This document shows positions 1-9,945 of a stretch of 36,839 bases of DNA, one piece after another. The position numbers and the translations under genes were made by a program. This stretch comes from a virus (lineage: Duplodnaviria; Caudoviricetes), in IMG/VR virus record IMGVR_UViG_3300002307_001842, positions 1 through 36,839 of that record. One strand, written 5' to 3'. The notes below the pieces were generated by a model that saw only the letters and a program-made list of their open reading frames with translations, was not told the origin of the DNA and searched no databases. The first letter of the stretch is position 1. Each line of letters begins with the position of its first letter.

Positions 1-2
1 CA

Positions 3-92
3 CCGCTGCCATATCCGGACGATAAAAATTTATATCAGTGGGATGAAGATATAATAAATTGGGTCGTTATAGAACAACAGAGTAAGGAGTAA
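3..92 (+). CDS. 3' end of a phage protein running in from the left edge (...PLPYPDDKNLYQWDEDIINWVVIEQQSKE*)
   Basis: Open frame from window edge to TAA 90-92, directly before the PAAR start. Confidence 0.6.
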   Translation, partial: PLPYPDDKNLYQWDEDIINWVVIEQQSKE

Positions 93-98
93 TTTATT

Positions 99-389
99 AT
101 GCCAGGAGTAGTTAGAAAATATGATCAACATGTAGGACATGCAGGTCTTAACGTACCATTTCATCAAACATTTTATAATGGTGGAAGTTCTAATGTTTTT
201 GTCGACGGTAGAAATGTAATCCGTAAAGGTGATAAATGCGTGTGTGGTGACCCGGCAGTTGGTTGTTCACCGAACGTATTTGCTAATGGTATTCCGGTAC
301 ACAGACAAGGCGATGCCACAGGCGGACATGGTCTATGGCATCCAAATAAAGATTCTACTGCAAGTAATGATGTTTTTGCAAACTCATAA
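99..389 (+). CDS. PAAR-repeat spike-tip protein (T4 gp5.4-like)
   Basis: Repeats GSSNVFVDGRNVIRKGD and CSPNVFANGIPVHRQGD, Cys/His ligands; AAGGAG RBS. Confidence 0.9.
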   Translation: MPGVVRKYDQHVGHAGLNVPFHQTFYNGGSSNVFVDGRNVIRKGDKCVCGDPAVGCSPNVFANGIPVHRQGDATGGHGLWHPNKDSTASNDVFANS

Positions 390-392
390 TGG

Positions 393-421
393 TTGACATA
401 TTGATCTTATTATAGCATAAT
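393..421 (+). promoter_or_regulatory. sigma70-type promoter
   Basis: TTGACA-17 nt-CATAAT. Confidence 0.55.
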
Positions 422-507
422 TTAAGATACACTAACGTTACATAGCCAGTCTAAGGCAAGTAACTAACGTGTTTTTGTAAATATCAAACAAATTAATAGG
501 AGATTTT

Positions 508-699
508 ATGTCGACAAATAGATATCAAGATTTCGCAAAGATTGTTGAAGACATGGAAACAGACTTTGAGAAGTTTTATGACAAAGAAGTAGGTGCAGCA
601 GGAACACGAGTTCGTAAGCATCTTCAAGAACTCGCAACTCTATGCAAAGAAATCCGCAAGAATGTTACCGAAGTCAAATCAACTCGAAAAGCGAGTTAA
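508..699 (+). CDS. Histone H1-like (Hc1-type) small nucleoid protein
   Basis: DFEKFYDK..AAGTRVRK.LQEL...IRK.V motif; AGGAG RBS; TAAATA upstream. Confidence 0.75.
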   Translation: MSTNRYQDFAKIVEDMETDFEKFYDKEVGAAGTRVRKHLQELATLCKEIRKNVTEVKSTRKAS

Positions 700-736
700 C
701 TGACAGTTTAAATAAGAAATTTCTGAGAATATATAT

Positions 737-775
737 TATTATGCCTGAGCGGTTTCGGGCATAATATCATTTTTG
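737..775 (+). terminator. Hairpin, probable terminator
   Basis: TATTATGCCTGA/TCGGGCATAATA stem followed by a T-rich run. Confidence 0.5.
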
Positions 776-857
776 GTTTTAAGGAGATATAATCGGCCAA
801 AACAACATAACATGACGGAACTAGCGATTCCTGATCCAGCGTAAAGGAGATAACAAA

Positions 858-953
858 ATGATACGCATCATTCAACAAATACAAAATTCAAAAACTACTT
901 TTCATTACCATTTCGGTAAAATTCTAGAGAAAGCAAGCCCTTCGGCTTGTTAA
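858..953 (+). CDS. Short ORF or gene stub (MIRIIQQIQNSK...ASPSAC*)
   Basis: Strong AAAGGAG RBS then ATG 858; only 31 aa; may be a remnant. Confidence 0.35.
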   Translation: MIRIIQQIQNSKTTFHYHFGKILEKASPSAC

Positions 954-965
954 TAGGTGACTAAA

Positions 966-1382
966 ATGAAAAATTTTATATCTACTGGCCTTGCCTTATC
1001 TCTATTGTTATCTACCAGTTTGGTAAATGCAAACAAACATCACACACATGAACATCATCACAGACATCATGCTCGTAGTCATTCTTCTCATAGTGAAGAA
1101 ACTCACGGGTTAATAGGAATAGCTAGTTGGTATGGGCATGAATCGGGTAATAGAACAGCTAACGGAGAAAAATTTAATCCGATGGCACTAACAGCGGCAC
1201 ATAGGCATCTACCATTTGGAACTCGGGTTAAAGTTACTAATCTTAAAAATAAAAAATCAGTTATAGTTAGAATTAATGACCGGGGTCCATTTGTAAGAGG
1301 TCGAATTATTGATCTTTCAAAGTATGCTGCAAAAATAATCGAGATGGGAGGAACTCAATTAGTTTCGTTAGAATTACAGTAA
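966..1382 (+). CDS. rlpA: RlpA-family lytic transglycosylase (double-psi beta barrel) with signal peptide and His-rich linker
   Basis: [44 protein letters not shown] motifs. Confidence 0.93.
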   Translation: MKNFISTGLALSLLLSTSLVNANKHHTHEHHHRHHARSHSSHSEETHGLIGIASWYGHESGNRTANGEKFNPMALTAAHRHLPFGTRVKVTNLKNKKSVIVRINDRGPFVRGRIIDLSKYAAKIIEMGGTQLVSLELQ

Positions 1383-1432
1383 ATAGTAATTAGAATAAAT
1401 ATACAATAATATATTTTAAAGGAGTTTTTAAA

Positions 1433-2167
1433 ATGCCTTCAGGTTTTCAACAAGATTCAAATCAATTAAGCCCTAGTTACTACAGGGTTCGTATTAATAT
1501 GGGATGGTTCGATCCAGCTAATACTTCATGGAACGCATACGGTGACGCCCCATTAGAAGCAACTGGCAGAATTAATCCGTATAACTGGGATAACTATACC
1601 ACGTTACCAAGTTCACCGGATAACGGTATCGCATTAGCAAATGGCAATTTGCGTTGGCAGAATATTCTTAACGAATTAGGAAGATTCTCCGATATGCAAA
1701 TTTTAGATCTCGAAGTGTATTCCGACCATAAAAACGATGCAAACTATGATATTCAAGGTATTGCATTCACTGTCAAGTACGATCGTGATGAATTTTTATT
1801 CCCGGCATATTGTAAGGTAATGGAACACGATAATACCGGAACTGATGGTAGTACTACAATCGACGGTGTTACGTATCCGATTTATTATTCTTACAGTGGG
1901 GCTGAGTACGATATTGCAACTACTGCTGATGTCGTTAAAGATTTAGTGCTTCGTGGAATCATGTACGGTAGTGGATATCGTTCGTATAGTGAAGAATACC
2001 GTAAGTTTGCTAGAGTATGGAATTCGGACAAGGTTGAGGAATTTGAATCATACATTATGATTTATGCTCCGGGCTCAGCTGGAATTGGTGATGCTCAAAA
2101 CATATTCAATGATATTCTAGTTAGCGAACTTGACGGTACTCCGCTAACAATGGTTAAATCAGACTAA
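1433..2167 (+). CDS. Hypothetical phage protein, possibly virion-associated
   Basis: 244 aa ORF; AAGGAG RBS; TAAATA motif upstream. Confidence 0.7.
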   Translation: MPSGFQQDSNQLSPSYYRVRINMGWFDPANTSWNAYGDAPLEATGRINPYNWDNYTTLPSSPDNGIALANGNLRWQNILNELGRFSDMQILDLEVYSDHKNDANYDIQGIAFTVKYDRDEFLFPAYCKVMEHDNTGTDGSTTIDGVTYPIYYSYSGAEYDIATTADVVKDLVLRGIMYGSGYRSYSEEYRKFARVWNSDKVEEFESYIMIYAPGSAGIGDAQNIFNDILVSELDGTPLTMVKSD

Positions 2168-2170
2168 GAA

Positions 2171-3325
2171 ATGTTTCTAGGCGTGTTAATGCTCTTAACA
2201 GGGTTTACTATCTCTGCTGTCGCAATTTATTATTCAGTAATAGGCATGGCTGCTATCTTCTCTGCGGCCCCTATACCTATTTACATTATGGGTACAACAC
2301 TCGAAATAGCCAAACTTGTAGGAGCCAGTTGGCTTAAATCACATTGGCATAGAGCACCGTACTTTATTAAATCTTATATGCTGATTGCGATAATAGTATT
2401 AATGGGCATAACAAGTATGGGTATATTTGGTTTCTTATCAAAATCTCATTCCGATCAGAACCTAGTAAGCGGCGAAGTAATAGATAAAGTCTCAATCTTA
2501 GACGAAAAGATTAAAGCACAAAGAGAAAATATAGAGTCAGCTCGTAGCGCACTTAAACAAATGGATGAATCTGTTGACCAAACAGTAGCTAGATCAACTA
2601 GCGAAAAAAGTGTTGGTAGAGCTGTTGATATTAGAAAATCACAGAATAAGGAGAGAGGCTTACTTAGAAATGAAATCGAAACCGCGCAACATGAAATTGC
2701 TAAACTCAACGAAGAAAAAGCCCCTATCTCTAAAGATCTCCGCAAAGTTGAAGCAGAAGTAGGCCCGATTAAGTACATTGCAGCTTTTGTTTACGGTGAT
2801 AATCCAGATCAGAACGTTTTAGAAAAAGCAGTTACTTGGGTTATAATAATGATTGTTATTGTTTTTGACCCATTGGCGATTATTATGTTAATAGCGGCAC
2901 AGATGACATTTACGTGGTTGAAACCTGTAAGTCAAGGTCAACAAGAAGAACTGGTTGTTAATCATATCCCCGAGCAGGTTCGCGAACCACTGAGGGACGA
3001 AGTAAAGGAAGAGACGATAGTAGAATTAGTCGAACAGCCTGCGGATTATGTAATTGAAGATCTTGTTGAAATACCTTCACAAGATATCAGCGATGAATAT
3101 CAAGAATTAAAAGTTAAACCAATTGACTTACTATATACTGAATACAACAAAGATAAATTTGCTGGTATAATAATTGATTCACTAAAAGAACCAGAACTTG
3201 CTAAATTTATTGATCAAAATAAAGATAAGCCAAGATTTAGTAATTATTCGGCAGACATATTAAGATATTATGCAAGAAGGATATATGAGCTCAGGAAAAA
3301 TAACAGTAATAACTCCGCCGGATAA
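2171..3325 (+). CDS. Membrane protein: N-terminal TM helices, coiled coil, further TM, acidic tail
   Basis: Hydrophobic segments and heptad-rich region in the translation. Confidence 0.75.
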   Translation: MFLGVLMLLTGFTISAVAIYYSVIGMAAIFSAAPIPIYIMGTTLEIAKLVGASWLKSHWHRAPYFIKSYMLIAIIVLMGITSMGIFGFLSKSHSDQNLVSGEVIDKVSILDEKIKAQRENIESARSALKQMDESVDQTVARSTSEKSVGRAVDIRKSQNKERGLLRNEIETAQHEIAKLNEEKAPISKDLRKVEAEVGPIKYIAAFVYGDNPDQNVLEKAVTWVIIMIVIVFDPLAIIMLIAAQMTFTWLKPVSQGQQEELVVNHIPEQVREPLRDEVKEETIVELVEQPADYVIEDLVEIPSQDISDEYQELKVKPIDLLYTEYNKDKFAGIIIDSLKEPELAKFIDQNKDKPRFSNYSADILRYYARRIYELRKNNSNNSAG

Positions 3326-3689
3326 ATTATTCAATTTAAATCCAAGTTATTTGCTAGTCAAACCTTCATTGACTGTTAAACAACAATTTCAAACTATTTT
3401 AAGTCAAAGTATTGATGACCTAACTGTCTTTATTTTTGACGATAATGACATAGATATTGATTGGCTATTGAGTGTAGCAGGGCAAGTCGATTGCGTTATT
3501 ATCGACATAGATAACTGTGATAAGTTAACTAGCAAGTTTGTCGTTTTTCTGTTAGCTCAGGGAAATACATTCTATATAACGATGGACGAAATTACTCCAT
3601 ACGGTCTGATTTCAAAAAATCGAATTTATGACCTTAATCAAATTGTCGAACAACTAAATGAGGATGATGATGAAGAACTTGAAGACTAG
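3285..3689 (+). CDS. Hypothetical protein (acidic C-terminus)
   Basis: ORF coupled between neighbours; start MSSGKITVITPPD. Confidence 0.7.
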   Translation: MSSGKITVITPPDKLFNLNPSYLLVKPSLTVKQQFQTILSQSIDDLTVFIFDDNDIDIDWLLSVAGQVDCVIIDIDNCDKLTSKFVVFLLAQGNTFYITMDEITPYGLISKNRIYDLNQIVEQLNEDDDEELED

Positions 3690-3915
3690 ACTTGGCGTTA
3701 CTGTGAAAGATCATGAAAATATTGCACAGGCACTTCGCCGTCTTAAAAGGAAAGTAGAAGATTCTGGAAAATTTGAAGTATTGAGAAAGAAAGAATCTTA
3801 CGAAAAGCCGACTACAAAGAGAAAGAGAGAAGCAGGTGCTGCTAGGGCTCGCTATCGTAAGAAATTGGAAAAAGAAGCAGCGGCTTTAAAGGCATTACAG
3901 CAATATAAACGTTGA
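3658..3915 (+). CDS. rpsU: Phage-encoded 30S ribosomal protein bS21 (exact start uncertain)
   Basis: VTVKDHENIAQALRRLKRKVE.SG...LRKKESYEKPTTKRKR..AARAR signature. Confidence 0.92.
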   Translation: MRMMMKNLKTRLGVTVKDHENIAQALRRLKRKVEDSGKFEVLRKKESYEKPTTKRKREAGAARARYRKKLEKEAAALKALQQYKR

Positions 3916-3939
3916 CATACACAAAAAACCTGTTACAAT
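3912..3939 (+). promoter_or_regulatory. sigma70-type promoter with extended -10
   Basis: TTGACA-16 nt-TACAAT preceded by TG. Confidence 0.6.
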
Positions 3940-3966
3940 ATAAATTATTCAAGACGCGAGTAATTT

Positions 3967-4530
3967 ATGGCAAAAGTAGATTGTATGATCGATTTAGAAA
4001 CTCTGGCAACATCTCCCGATGCTGCTATTCTTACAATCGGTGCAGTTAAATTTGATCCGTTCGGCAATGACGTAGACTTTGAAGAAAAAGACAAGTTCTA
4101 CGTCAAAGTTGATTTAGATAGCTGCAACGATCTTAACCTTACCGTTAGTGAAGATACACTTAATTGGTGGGCTACTCAATCAAAAGAAGCACAGGAAGAA
4201 GCATTTAATTCCGAAGGTAGGATTCATATAGAAGATGCATTTGCAGGACTATACAAATTCTGCTGGGGTTCTCAACGTGTATGGTCAAATGGTGCAGGAT
4301 TTGATGTAGTAATTTGTGAAACTGTTTTTAACCGTATACATAAAGCAATCCCATGGTCTTATTGGCAAGTGCGAGATGTGCGAACAATGTTTGATCTCGG
4401 CATTGACCCAAAGAGACCGGCAGTGACTGCACATAACGCTTTAGAAGATGCTATTGCGCAAGCAATATCAATTCAAAATGTTTGTCGAAAATTGAAAGAA
4501 CACGAAATCAATCCATTTACAAAGGTATAA
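3967..4530 (+). CDS. DEDDh 3'-5' exonuclease
   Basis: MIDLETL, WSNGAGFD, RDVRT and HNALEDA motifs. Confidence 0.9.
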   Translation: MAKVDCMIDLETLATSPDAAILTIGAVKFDPFGNDVDFEEKDKFYVKVDLDSCNDLNLTVSEDTLNWWATQSKEAQEEAFNSEGRIHIEDAFAGLYKFCWGSQRVWSNGAGFDVVICETVFNRIHKAIPWSYWQVRDVRTMFDLGIDPKRPAVTAHNALEDAIAQAISIQNVCRKLKEHEINPFTKV

Positions 4531-4531
4531 T

Positions 4532-4720
4532 ATGAATACAGACCAAGCAACAACTGCATTAAATCTCGTTAATGTTGCGATCGATACTATCCAAAAAATT
4601 GCATTACAAGAACAGAAAGTCACAGGTTCTAGGAGTCGAGATATAAGATATGTACAATCGATTATTAAACTGCAAGAAAAAAAACAATCCGTTGAAAACT
4701 TTTTAAATATAATGAACTAA
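4532..4720 (+). CDS. Small hypothetical protein
   Basis: 62 aa ORF tightly packed between neighbours. Confidence 0.55.
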   Translation: MNTDQATTALNLVNVAIDTIQKIALQEQKVTGSRSRDIRYVQSIIKLQEKKQSVENFLNIMN

Positions 4721-5253
4721 TGTCTATTAAAACAGATTGGAAAAGCGTTTCGTCATATAATATCCCGTTAAAGGATTGTAATGTTCCTTATGATATTACT
4801 GAGGTATTTAAGAAGCATAAAACCAAAAAGTATGTATATGTTATAACACATAACAATCTCATCATTAAAGTTGGTATGAGTGCTGCTCGTCAGAAAACTC
4901 TAGGAGAACGATCTTACCGACAAGTTGGTCACTCTAAATCATGGGATAAGCCTCTTACTGGTTCTAGTGGATCGGATTGGTATCATGTTGAAGATATCGT
5001 TAGGAGTAAACATGGTTACGAAATGCACAAAGATAATATAGTAATAACTGTTTACGATTTTACTGATTACCCATTTGTCTCAATCAACCAAGAAGCCGAA
5101 ATTTTAAGAGCAGAATCTGAATTGATTCAACAATATACTAATATTATGGGCGAAAAGCCAATTGGCAATATTACAAACGATGAGACAATTTTTAATAAAG
5201 GTCTTATCCTTCAAGAAACGTATGATAATTTATTTGATGAAGTTAATGGATAA
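4720..5253 (+). CDS. Hypothetical protein, GIY-YIG-like nuclease fold
   Basis: YVYVI...IIKVGMS...R, later AESELI...KPIGN pattern. Confidence 0.55.
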   Translation: MSIKTDWKSVSSYNIPLKDCNVPYDITEVFKKHKTKKYVYVITHNNLIIKVGMSAARQKTLGERSYRQVGHSKSWDKPLTGSSGSDWYHVEDIVRSKHGYEMHKDNIVITVYDFTDYPFVSINQEAEILRAESELIQQYTNIMGEKPIGNITNDETIFNKGLILQETYDNLFDEVNG

Positions 5254-5548
5254 ACAAACTAAAGAAATTTTTTGTATTACTCAAGAAGAGTGTGCAGAGG
5301 TAACTCAAGCCATTTCTAAGATATTTAGATTTGGTATTGATACCACATGGAATGGTCGTACTAATCAAGAACGACTTGAAGAAGAACTTGGCGATCTCAA
5401 AGCAATGCTGCGCATTTTAGAAGTGTCCGGAATTGTACGAGAAGAAAAAGTAATCGAAGCCTCTAAGGCTAAGATAGAAAAATTATCTGAATGGTCAAAC
5501 ATTGTTTTGTCAGAAATGAAAAGAAACAATATACTAAAAGATAAATAA
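5246..5548 (+). CDS. MazG-like NTP pyrophosphohydrolase
   Basis: EECAEV.QAISK..RFG...LEEELGDL; real start ATG 5246 rather than 5162. Confidence 0.85.
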   Translation: MDKQTKEIFCITQEECAEVTQAISKIFRFGIDTTWNGRTNQERLEEELGDLKAMLRILEVSGIVREEKVIEASKAKIEKLSEWSNIVLSEMKRNNILKDK

Positions 5549-5552
5549 TTTC

Positions 5553-5604
5553 GTAGATGCTATCGAGATCTACAAAATTCTTGCTTAATTAAAGGAGAAA
5601 CAAT
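5553..5604 (+). promoter_or_regulatory. dnaK leader: hairpin plus ROSE-like anti-SD
   Basis: GTAGAT/ATCTAC stem, then TTCTTGCTT able to pair with AAAGGAGAA. Confidence 0.55.
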
Positions 5605-7509
5605 ATGAGCATAAAATCACCCATTATTGGCGTGGATTTGGGAACCACCAATTCATGCGTAGCAATTCTAGAAAATGGAGTTGTTAAAATAATTGAAAAT
5701 TCAGAAGGCGCAAGAACTACGCCATCGATTATTGGCTACACCGACGAAGAAATTCTGGTAGGTGCATCGGCTAAACGACAAGCAGTAACTAATCCAAAAA
5801 ACACACTATACGCAGTTAAGCGGCTTATCGGTCGTAAATTTGAAGAACAAGCAGTACAAAAGGATATTGATTTAATGCCTTATGAAATTGTTAAGGCAGA
5901 TAACGGTGATGCTTGGGTCAAGGCAAACGACAAGGAACTTGCACCACCACAGGTAAGTGCAGAGGTTCTTCGTAAGATGAAGACCGATGCAGAATCTTAT
6001 TTAGGTAAGGAAGTTACACAGGCAGTTATTACTGTACCGGCGTACTTTAATGATAGCCAGCGGCAGGCAACTAAAGACGCGGGTAAGATTGCAGGGTTAG
6101 AAGTACTTCGTATTATCAATGAACCTACTGCGGCTGCACTTGCATATGGTGTGGATAAGGCAGATAAGAGAGATCGCAAGGTTGCAGTGTATGATCTAGG
6201 TGGTGGTACGTTTGACGTGAGCATTATCGATATCATTAATATCGACGGGGAAAAGCAGATTGAAGTGCTTTCCACGAACGGGGATACATTCTTAGGTGGT
6301 GAAGACTTTGACCAACGTTTAATGGATTATCTTGTTAGTGAATTTAAGAAGGATTCAGGTATTAATCTTAAGAATGACACCCTTGCACTACAACGTCTTA
6401 AGGAAGCAGCAGAAAAGGCAAAGATTGAATTGTCTAGTACTACACAGACTACCGTAAATCTTCCATATTTAACTGCTGATGCCGGTGGACCAAAGCATTT
6501 AAATGTTACTATTACCCGTGCTAAGTTTGAATCAATGGTTGAAGATCTCATTACACGTAGTATCGAACCATGTAAGATTGCATTAAAGGATGCTAATGCT
6601 ACCGCTAATGATATCGACGAAGTTATCTTAGTAGGCGGACAGACACGTATGCCTAAGGTACAGGAAGAAGTGGAACAGCTCTTCGGTAAGCCTCCAAGAA
6701 AGGATGTTAATCCAGACGAAGCAGTTGCCGCAGGTGCCGCAATTCAAGGTGCAGTATTAGGTGGTGATAAGACCGATGTTCTATTACTTGATGTTACTCC
6801 ACTTAGCCTTGGCATTGAGACTATGGGCGGTGTGTTTACTAAATTGATTACTAAGAACACTACTATCCCAACTAAGGCAAGCCAAACATTTAGTACTGCG
6901 GAAGATAATCAGCCTGCTGTCACAATTAAGGTGGCACAAGGTGAACGTGAACTTTATCGCTATAATAAGGAACTTGGTACTTTTAACTTAGATGGGATTG
7001 CTCCTGCACCGCGCGGTATGCCACAAGTCGAAGTTACTTTTGATATTGATGCAAATGGTATTATGCATATTAGCGCCAAGGATAAGGGAACTGGTAAGGA
7101 AAATAAAATCACCATTAAGTCCGATTCGGGTCTTAGTGAGGCAGAAATTGAACGTATGGTTAGTGAGGCAGAAGAAAATGCAGAAGCTGATGCAAAGGTT
7201 AGAGAAGTAATCGAAGCACGTAATCAAGCAGATGCACAAAGCCATTCTCTTAAGAAGGATTATGAAGAATTTAAGGACCAACTTACAGAAGAAGAACAAA
7301 CTGCGTTCGAGTATGCATTGAAGGCAGTTGACGAATCAACTTCAACCGAGGATGTTGAAGCAATTAAAGATTCAGTGCAAAAGTTATTCGAATCAGCAGG
7401 TCCTGTTTTTGCAAAGAAGCAGACAGCTGAAGAAGCAAAGAATAACCAAGCAGCGGATCAACCTGTGGATGCTGAATTCACGGAAGTTGACAATAATAAC
7501 GAAAAGTAA
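5605..7509 (+). CDS. dnaK: Chaperone DnaK (Hsp70)
   Basis: [32 protein letters not shown] motifs; full length. Confidence 0.99.
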   Translation: MSIKSPIIGVDLGTTNSCVAILENGVVKIIENSEGARTTPSIIGYTDEEILVGASAKRQAVTNPKNTLYAVKRLIGRKFEEQAVQKDIDLMPYEIVKADNGDAWVKANDKELAPPQVSAEVLRKMKTDAESYLGKEVTQAVITVPAYFNDSQRQATKDAGKIAGLEVLRIINEPTAAALAYGVDKADKRDRKVAVYDLGGGTFDVSIIDIINIDGEKQIEVLSTNGDTFLGGEDFDQRLMDYLVSEFKKDSGINLKNDTLALQRLKEAAEKAKIELSSTTQTTVNLPYLTADAGGPKHLNVTITRAKFESMVEDLITRSIEPCKIALKDANATANDIDEVILVGGQTRMPKVQEEVEQLFGKPPRKDVNPDEAVAAGAAIQGAVLGGDKTDVLLLDVTPLSLGIETMGGVFTKLITKNTTIPTKASQTFSTAEDNQPAVTIKVAQGERELYRYNKELGTFNLDGIAPAPRGMPQVEVTFDIDANGIMHISAKDKGTGKENKITIKSDSGLSEAEIERMVSEAEENAEADAKVREVIEARNQADAQSHSLKKDYEEFKDQLTEEEQTAFEYALKAVDESTSTEDVEAIKDSVQKLFESAGPVFAKKQTAEEAKNNQAADQPVDAEFTEVDNNNEK

Positions 7510-7519
7510 TATACTAACT

Positions 7520-7576
7520 ATGTGGGGTGCTCGGGTGAGGCCCCACATTTTTCTTGCTTATTAAAGGAGAATTAAA
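7520..7576 (+). promoter_or_regulatory. hsp20 leader: GC hairpin plus ROSE-like anti-SD
   Basis: ATGTGGGG/CCCCACAT stem then TTCTTGCTTATTAAAGGAGA. Confidence 0.6.
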
Positions 7577-7996
7577 ATGGCACAATTAAAAACAATTAAC
7601 ACAAACGAATTAGCAAATTTAAGTAGATTTTTAGTGGGAGTAGACCGTATTATAAATTCTCATTATGTTCCGTCGACTAATTACCCCCCGCACAATGTAG
7701 TTAAGTATGATGATAACAACTACGGAATTGAAATAGCAATAGCAGGATTTTCAAAGGATCAAATTAGTTTAGAAGTCAACCAAAATATTATTTCGGTTCG
7801 TGGAGAACGCATCGAAAACGAAGAACACTTCGAATATCTATTTAAAGGGTTAGCTGCTCGTAATTTTGTAATTCAATTTCCACTATCTGAATTTATGGTA
7901 ATTCGCGAGGCAGAGGTTAAGGACGGGATGCTTAAGATTTCACTTGAATATGTCGTTCCTGATTCATTGAAACCTCGTCAAATTAAAATTAAATAA
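7577..7996 (+). CDS. ibpA: Small heat-shock protein Hsp20 (IbpA-like)
   Basis: NYPPHNV, IEIAIAGF, GLAARNF, DGMLKI.L...P...KPRQI. Confidence 0.93.
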   Translation: MAQLKTINTNELANLSRFLVGVDRIINSHYVPSTNYPPHNVVKYDDNNYGIEIAIAGFSKDQISLEVNQNIISVRGERIENEEHFEYLFKGLAARNFVIQFPLSEFMVIREAEVKDGMLKISLEYVVPDSLKPRQIKIK

Positions 7997-8043
7997 CTAA
8001 TAATCCGGGGGAAGAATTCTTCCCCCACTCTTTGGAGAATAAT

Positions 8044-8346
8044 ATGGCCGGTACCGATGTTGTCTTTGACAAAAAGACTAAACTTAATGTTTCAGAACCT
8101 ACTTTATGGAAAGTAGTCTTTCTTAATGATGATGTTACACCGATAGATTTTGTAATTTCATTACTTATAGAAGTATTCAAACATAATTTCGAATCTGCTA
8201 GAACAGTTACTATGCAAGTACATGAACAAGGTTCGGGCATTGCAGGAGTATATAATTATGAAATTGCAGAAGCAAAGACATCAGAAGCAACTAACTTGTC
8301 TCGTGCTAATGGGTTTCCTCTTCAAATTAAAATGGTGGAAGAATGA
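8044..8346 (+). CDS. clpS: Clp protease adaptor ClpS
   Basis: KVVFLNDDVTPIDFV..L..VF, MQVHEQGSGIAGVY, FPL. Confidence 0.95.
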   Translation: MAGTDVVFDKKTKLNVSEPTLWKVVFLNDDVTPIDFVISLLIEVFKHNFESARTVTMQVHEQGSGIAGVYNYEIAEAKTSEATNLSRANGFPLQIKMVEE

Positions 8347-8891
8347 GTTTAAAAGAAGCTACTAAAGATAATCATACCCGCGCAGAGCGGCAACCTTTTG
8401 TAAAGATTTTGTTTTCCGGAAATATTGATCCAACACTTTATGCTCAATATTTAAAGAACCAATATCAATGTTATGCAATTTTGGAAACTTGTGCAATGGA
8501 TCACGAGATTTTCAAAGAACTACCCGATTTCCGTAGAGCTCCGCTAATCGATGCAGATTTTAAAGAATTATGGGGAGAAGATAATGAAGAATTACCAGTA
8601 CAACTGCCGGTAATTGAAGATTATTCAAATTATATCATGAGCATTAAAGACGATCCTGAGAAGTTAATGGCGCATGTATATGTTCGGCATTTAGGAGACT
8701 TAGCTGGTGGTCAAATGATTTCTAAAAGAGTTCCGGGGCACGGCAAGTATTACCAATTTGAAGATGCGGATTTATTAAAGACTGCTATTAGAGAACGAAT
8801 AAACGATAACATGGCCGATGAAGCAAATTTATGCTTCGAATATGCAATTCAGTTATTCGACGAGATGATGACATTAGTTGACCATGAATGA
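8343..8891 (+). CDS. Biliverdin-producing heme oxygenase
   Basis: LKEATKDNHTRAE proximal His; AHVYVRHLGDLAGGQMI distal helix. Confidence 0.93.
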   Translation: MSLKEATKDNHTRAERQPFVKILFSGNIDPTLYAQYLKNQYQCYAILETCAMDHEIFKELPDFRRAPLIDADFKELWGEDNEELPVQLPVIEDYSNYIMSIKDDPEKLMAHVYVRHLGDLAGGQMISKRVPGHGKYYQFEDADLLKTAIRERINDNMADEANLCFEYAIQLFDEMMTLVDHE

Positions 8892-9582
8892 TTTTTCGAA
8901 TACATTACTTTCTATACAGCATTCCTTAGAAGAGAGCTTTAATAGAACAGGTACCGAAATCCAAGAAGAAGGAATGGAGAGATTCAATCAAGCGAACTGG
9001 ATCAATCGTGTTTGGTCCAGTAAGTCCTATCGACGGGCGCATCTTAATGTAGTTGATTGTAGAGAAAGTAGCGGATTATGGATGATGCATTGTTGTATCT
9101 TCCCGCATCTACATAATACTGCTCCAATTTATGGGTTTGATATTGTAGCATTGCGTAATAAAATTACAGGATGCTTTCACGATTTCAGTCCAACTGCCGA
9201 TAAACAACATCCTATGATTAATTGGTTTTCGACCGAATCTAAAAAACTTAATTGGAATAGAACACGTGAGTTACCAGACTGGGCTAAACTTATCTTTTCT
9301 AACGACGTAATTGCTGCTAGCAATGTACAAGAAGAGGATGAACTAAATCAAATTGTTGAGCTTGTGAAAAGAACAACAGAGTATTATCTTAATAATGTTA
9401 GGCAATCTAACGATGCCATAGACGAAACAATTATCTTTCAAAACTATTATTCATATAATCAAAAACAAAATCCACACTTATATACTCCTAGGATTATGGA
9501 GAGTTTAGGACTCGATCACGAAGGAGTAACTATATTTGTTGAGAAATGTTTGTTCCCGGAAATATTCAATTTACTACATTAG
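8884..9582 (+). CDS. Ferredoxin-dependent bilin reductase (PcyA/PcyX-like)
   Basis: RRAHL, MMHCCIFP, PIYGFD, FHDFSP, RELPDWA..IFS, QKQNP motifs; coupled to heme oxygenase. Confidence 0.88.
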   Translation: MNDFSNTLLSIQHSLEESFNRTGTEIQEEGMERFNQANWINRVWSSKSYRRAHLNVVDCRESSGLWMMHCCIFPHLHNTAPIYGFDIVALRNKITGCFHDFSPTADKQHPMINWFSTESKKLNWNRTRELPDWAKLIFSNDVIAASNVQEEDELNQIVELVKRTTEYYLNNVRQSNDAIDETIIFQNYYSYNQKQNPHLYTPRIMESLGLDHEGVTIFVEKCLFPEIFNLLH

Positions 9583-9717
9583 TCATACATTTAGCAAAAA
9601 AGAATATGTCTGATGCTAATTTATTACTCTTTGTAAGCAGGTTGCAAACTATAATAAGTGATTAATAAGATTACAACAACCTAATAATAAGATATGTTTA
9701 TTGTAATCTAATTATTC

Positions 9718-9760
9718 GTAAATAATACAAAGCCGGGAGCGAATCGGCTAAGAGCGAATA
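9718..9760 (+). promoter_or_regulatory. Late-promoter-like TAAATA plus hairpin leader with GGAGCGAAT loop
   Basis: GTAAATAATACAAAGCCGGGAGCGAATCGGCT; near copy on the minus strand at 12961-12994. Confidence 0.55.
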
Positions 9761-9898
9761 ATGAAATTAATACAAACTATCATTCTCAGTGTACTCTCAT
9801 CTATAACGATTCTAGTGCATGCTTCACAACTGGTTTATCAATTTAATTGTGTAACGGCAAGTGACTGTAGCCCAATTTCTGTAAAACAAGGTAATTAA
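9761..9898 (+). pseudogene. Deletion remnant: signal peptide plus CsgF-like N-terminus (ASQLVYQFN) fused to an unrelated C-terminus (CVTASDCSPISVKQGN)
   Basis: 45 aa ORF; LVYQF after a signal peptide resembles mature curli-assembly CsgF. Confidence 0.45.
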
Positions 9899-9945
9899 AG
9901 TAGCTGTTAATTCTTTCTGTAATATAGAATCCAATAAATAGTGTT

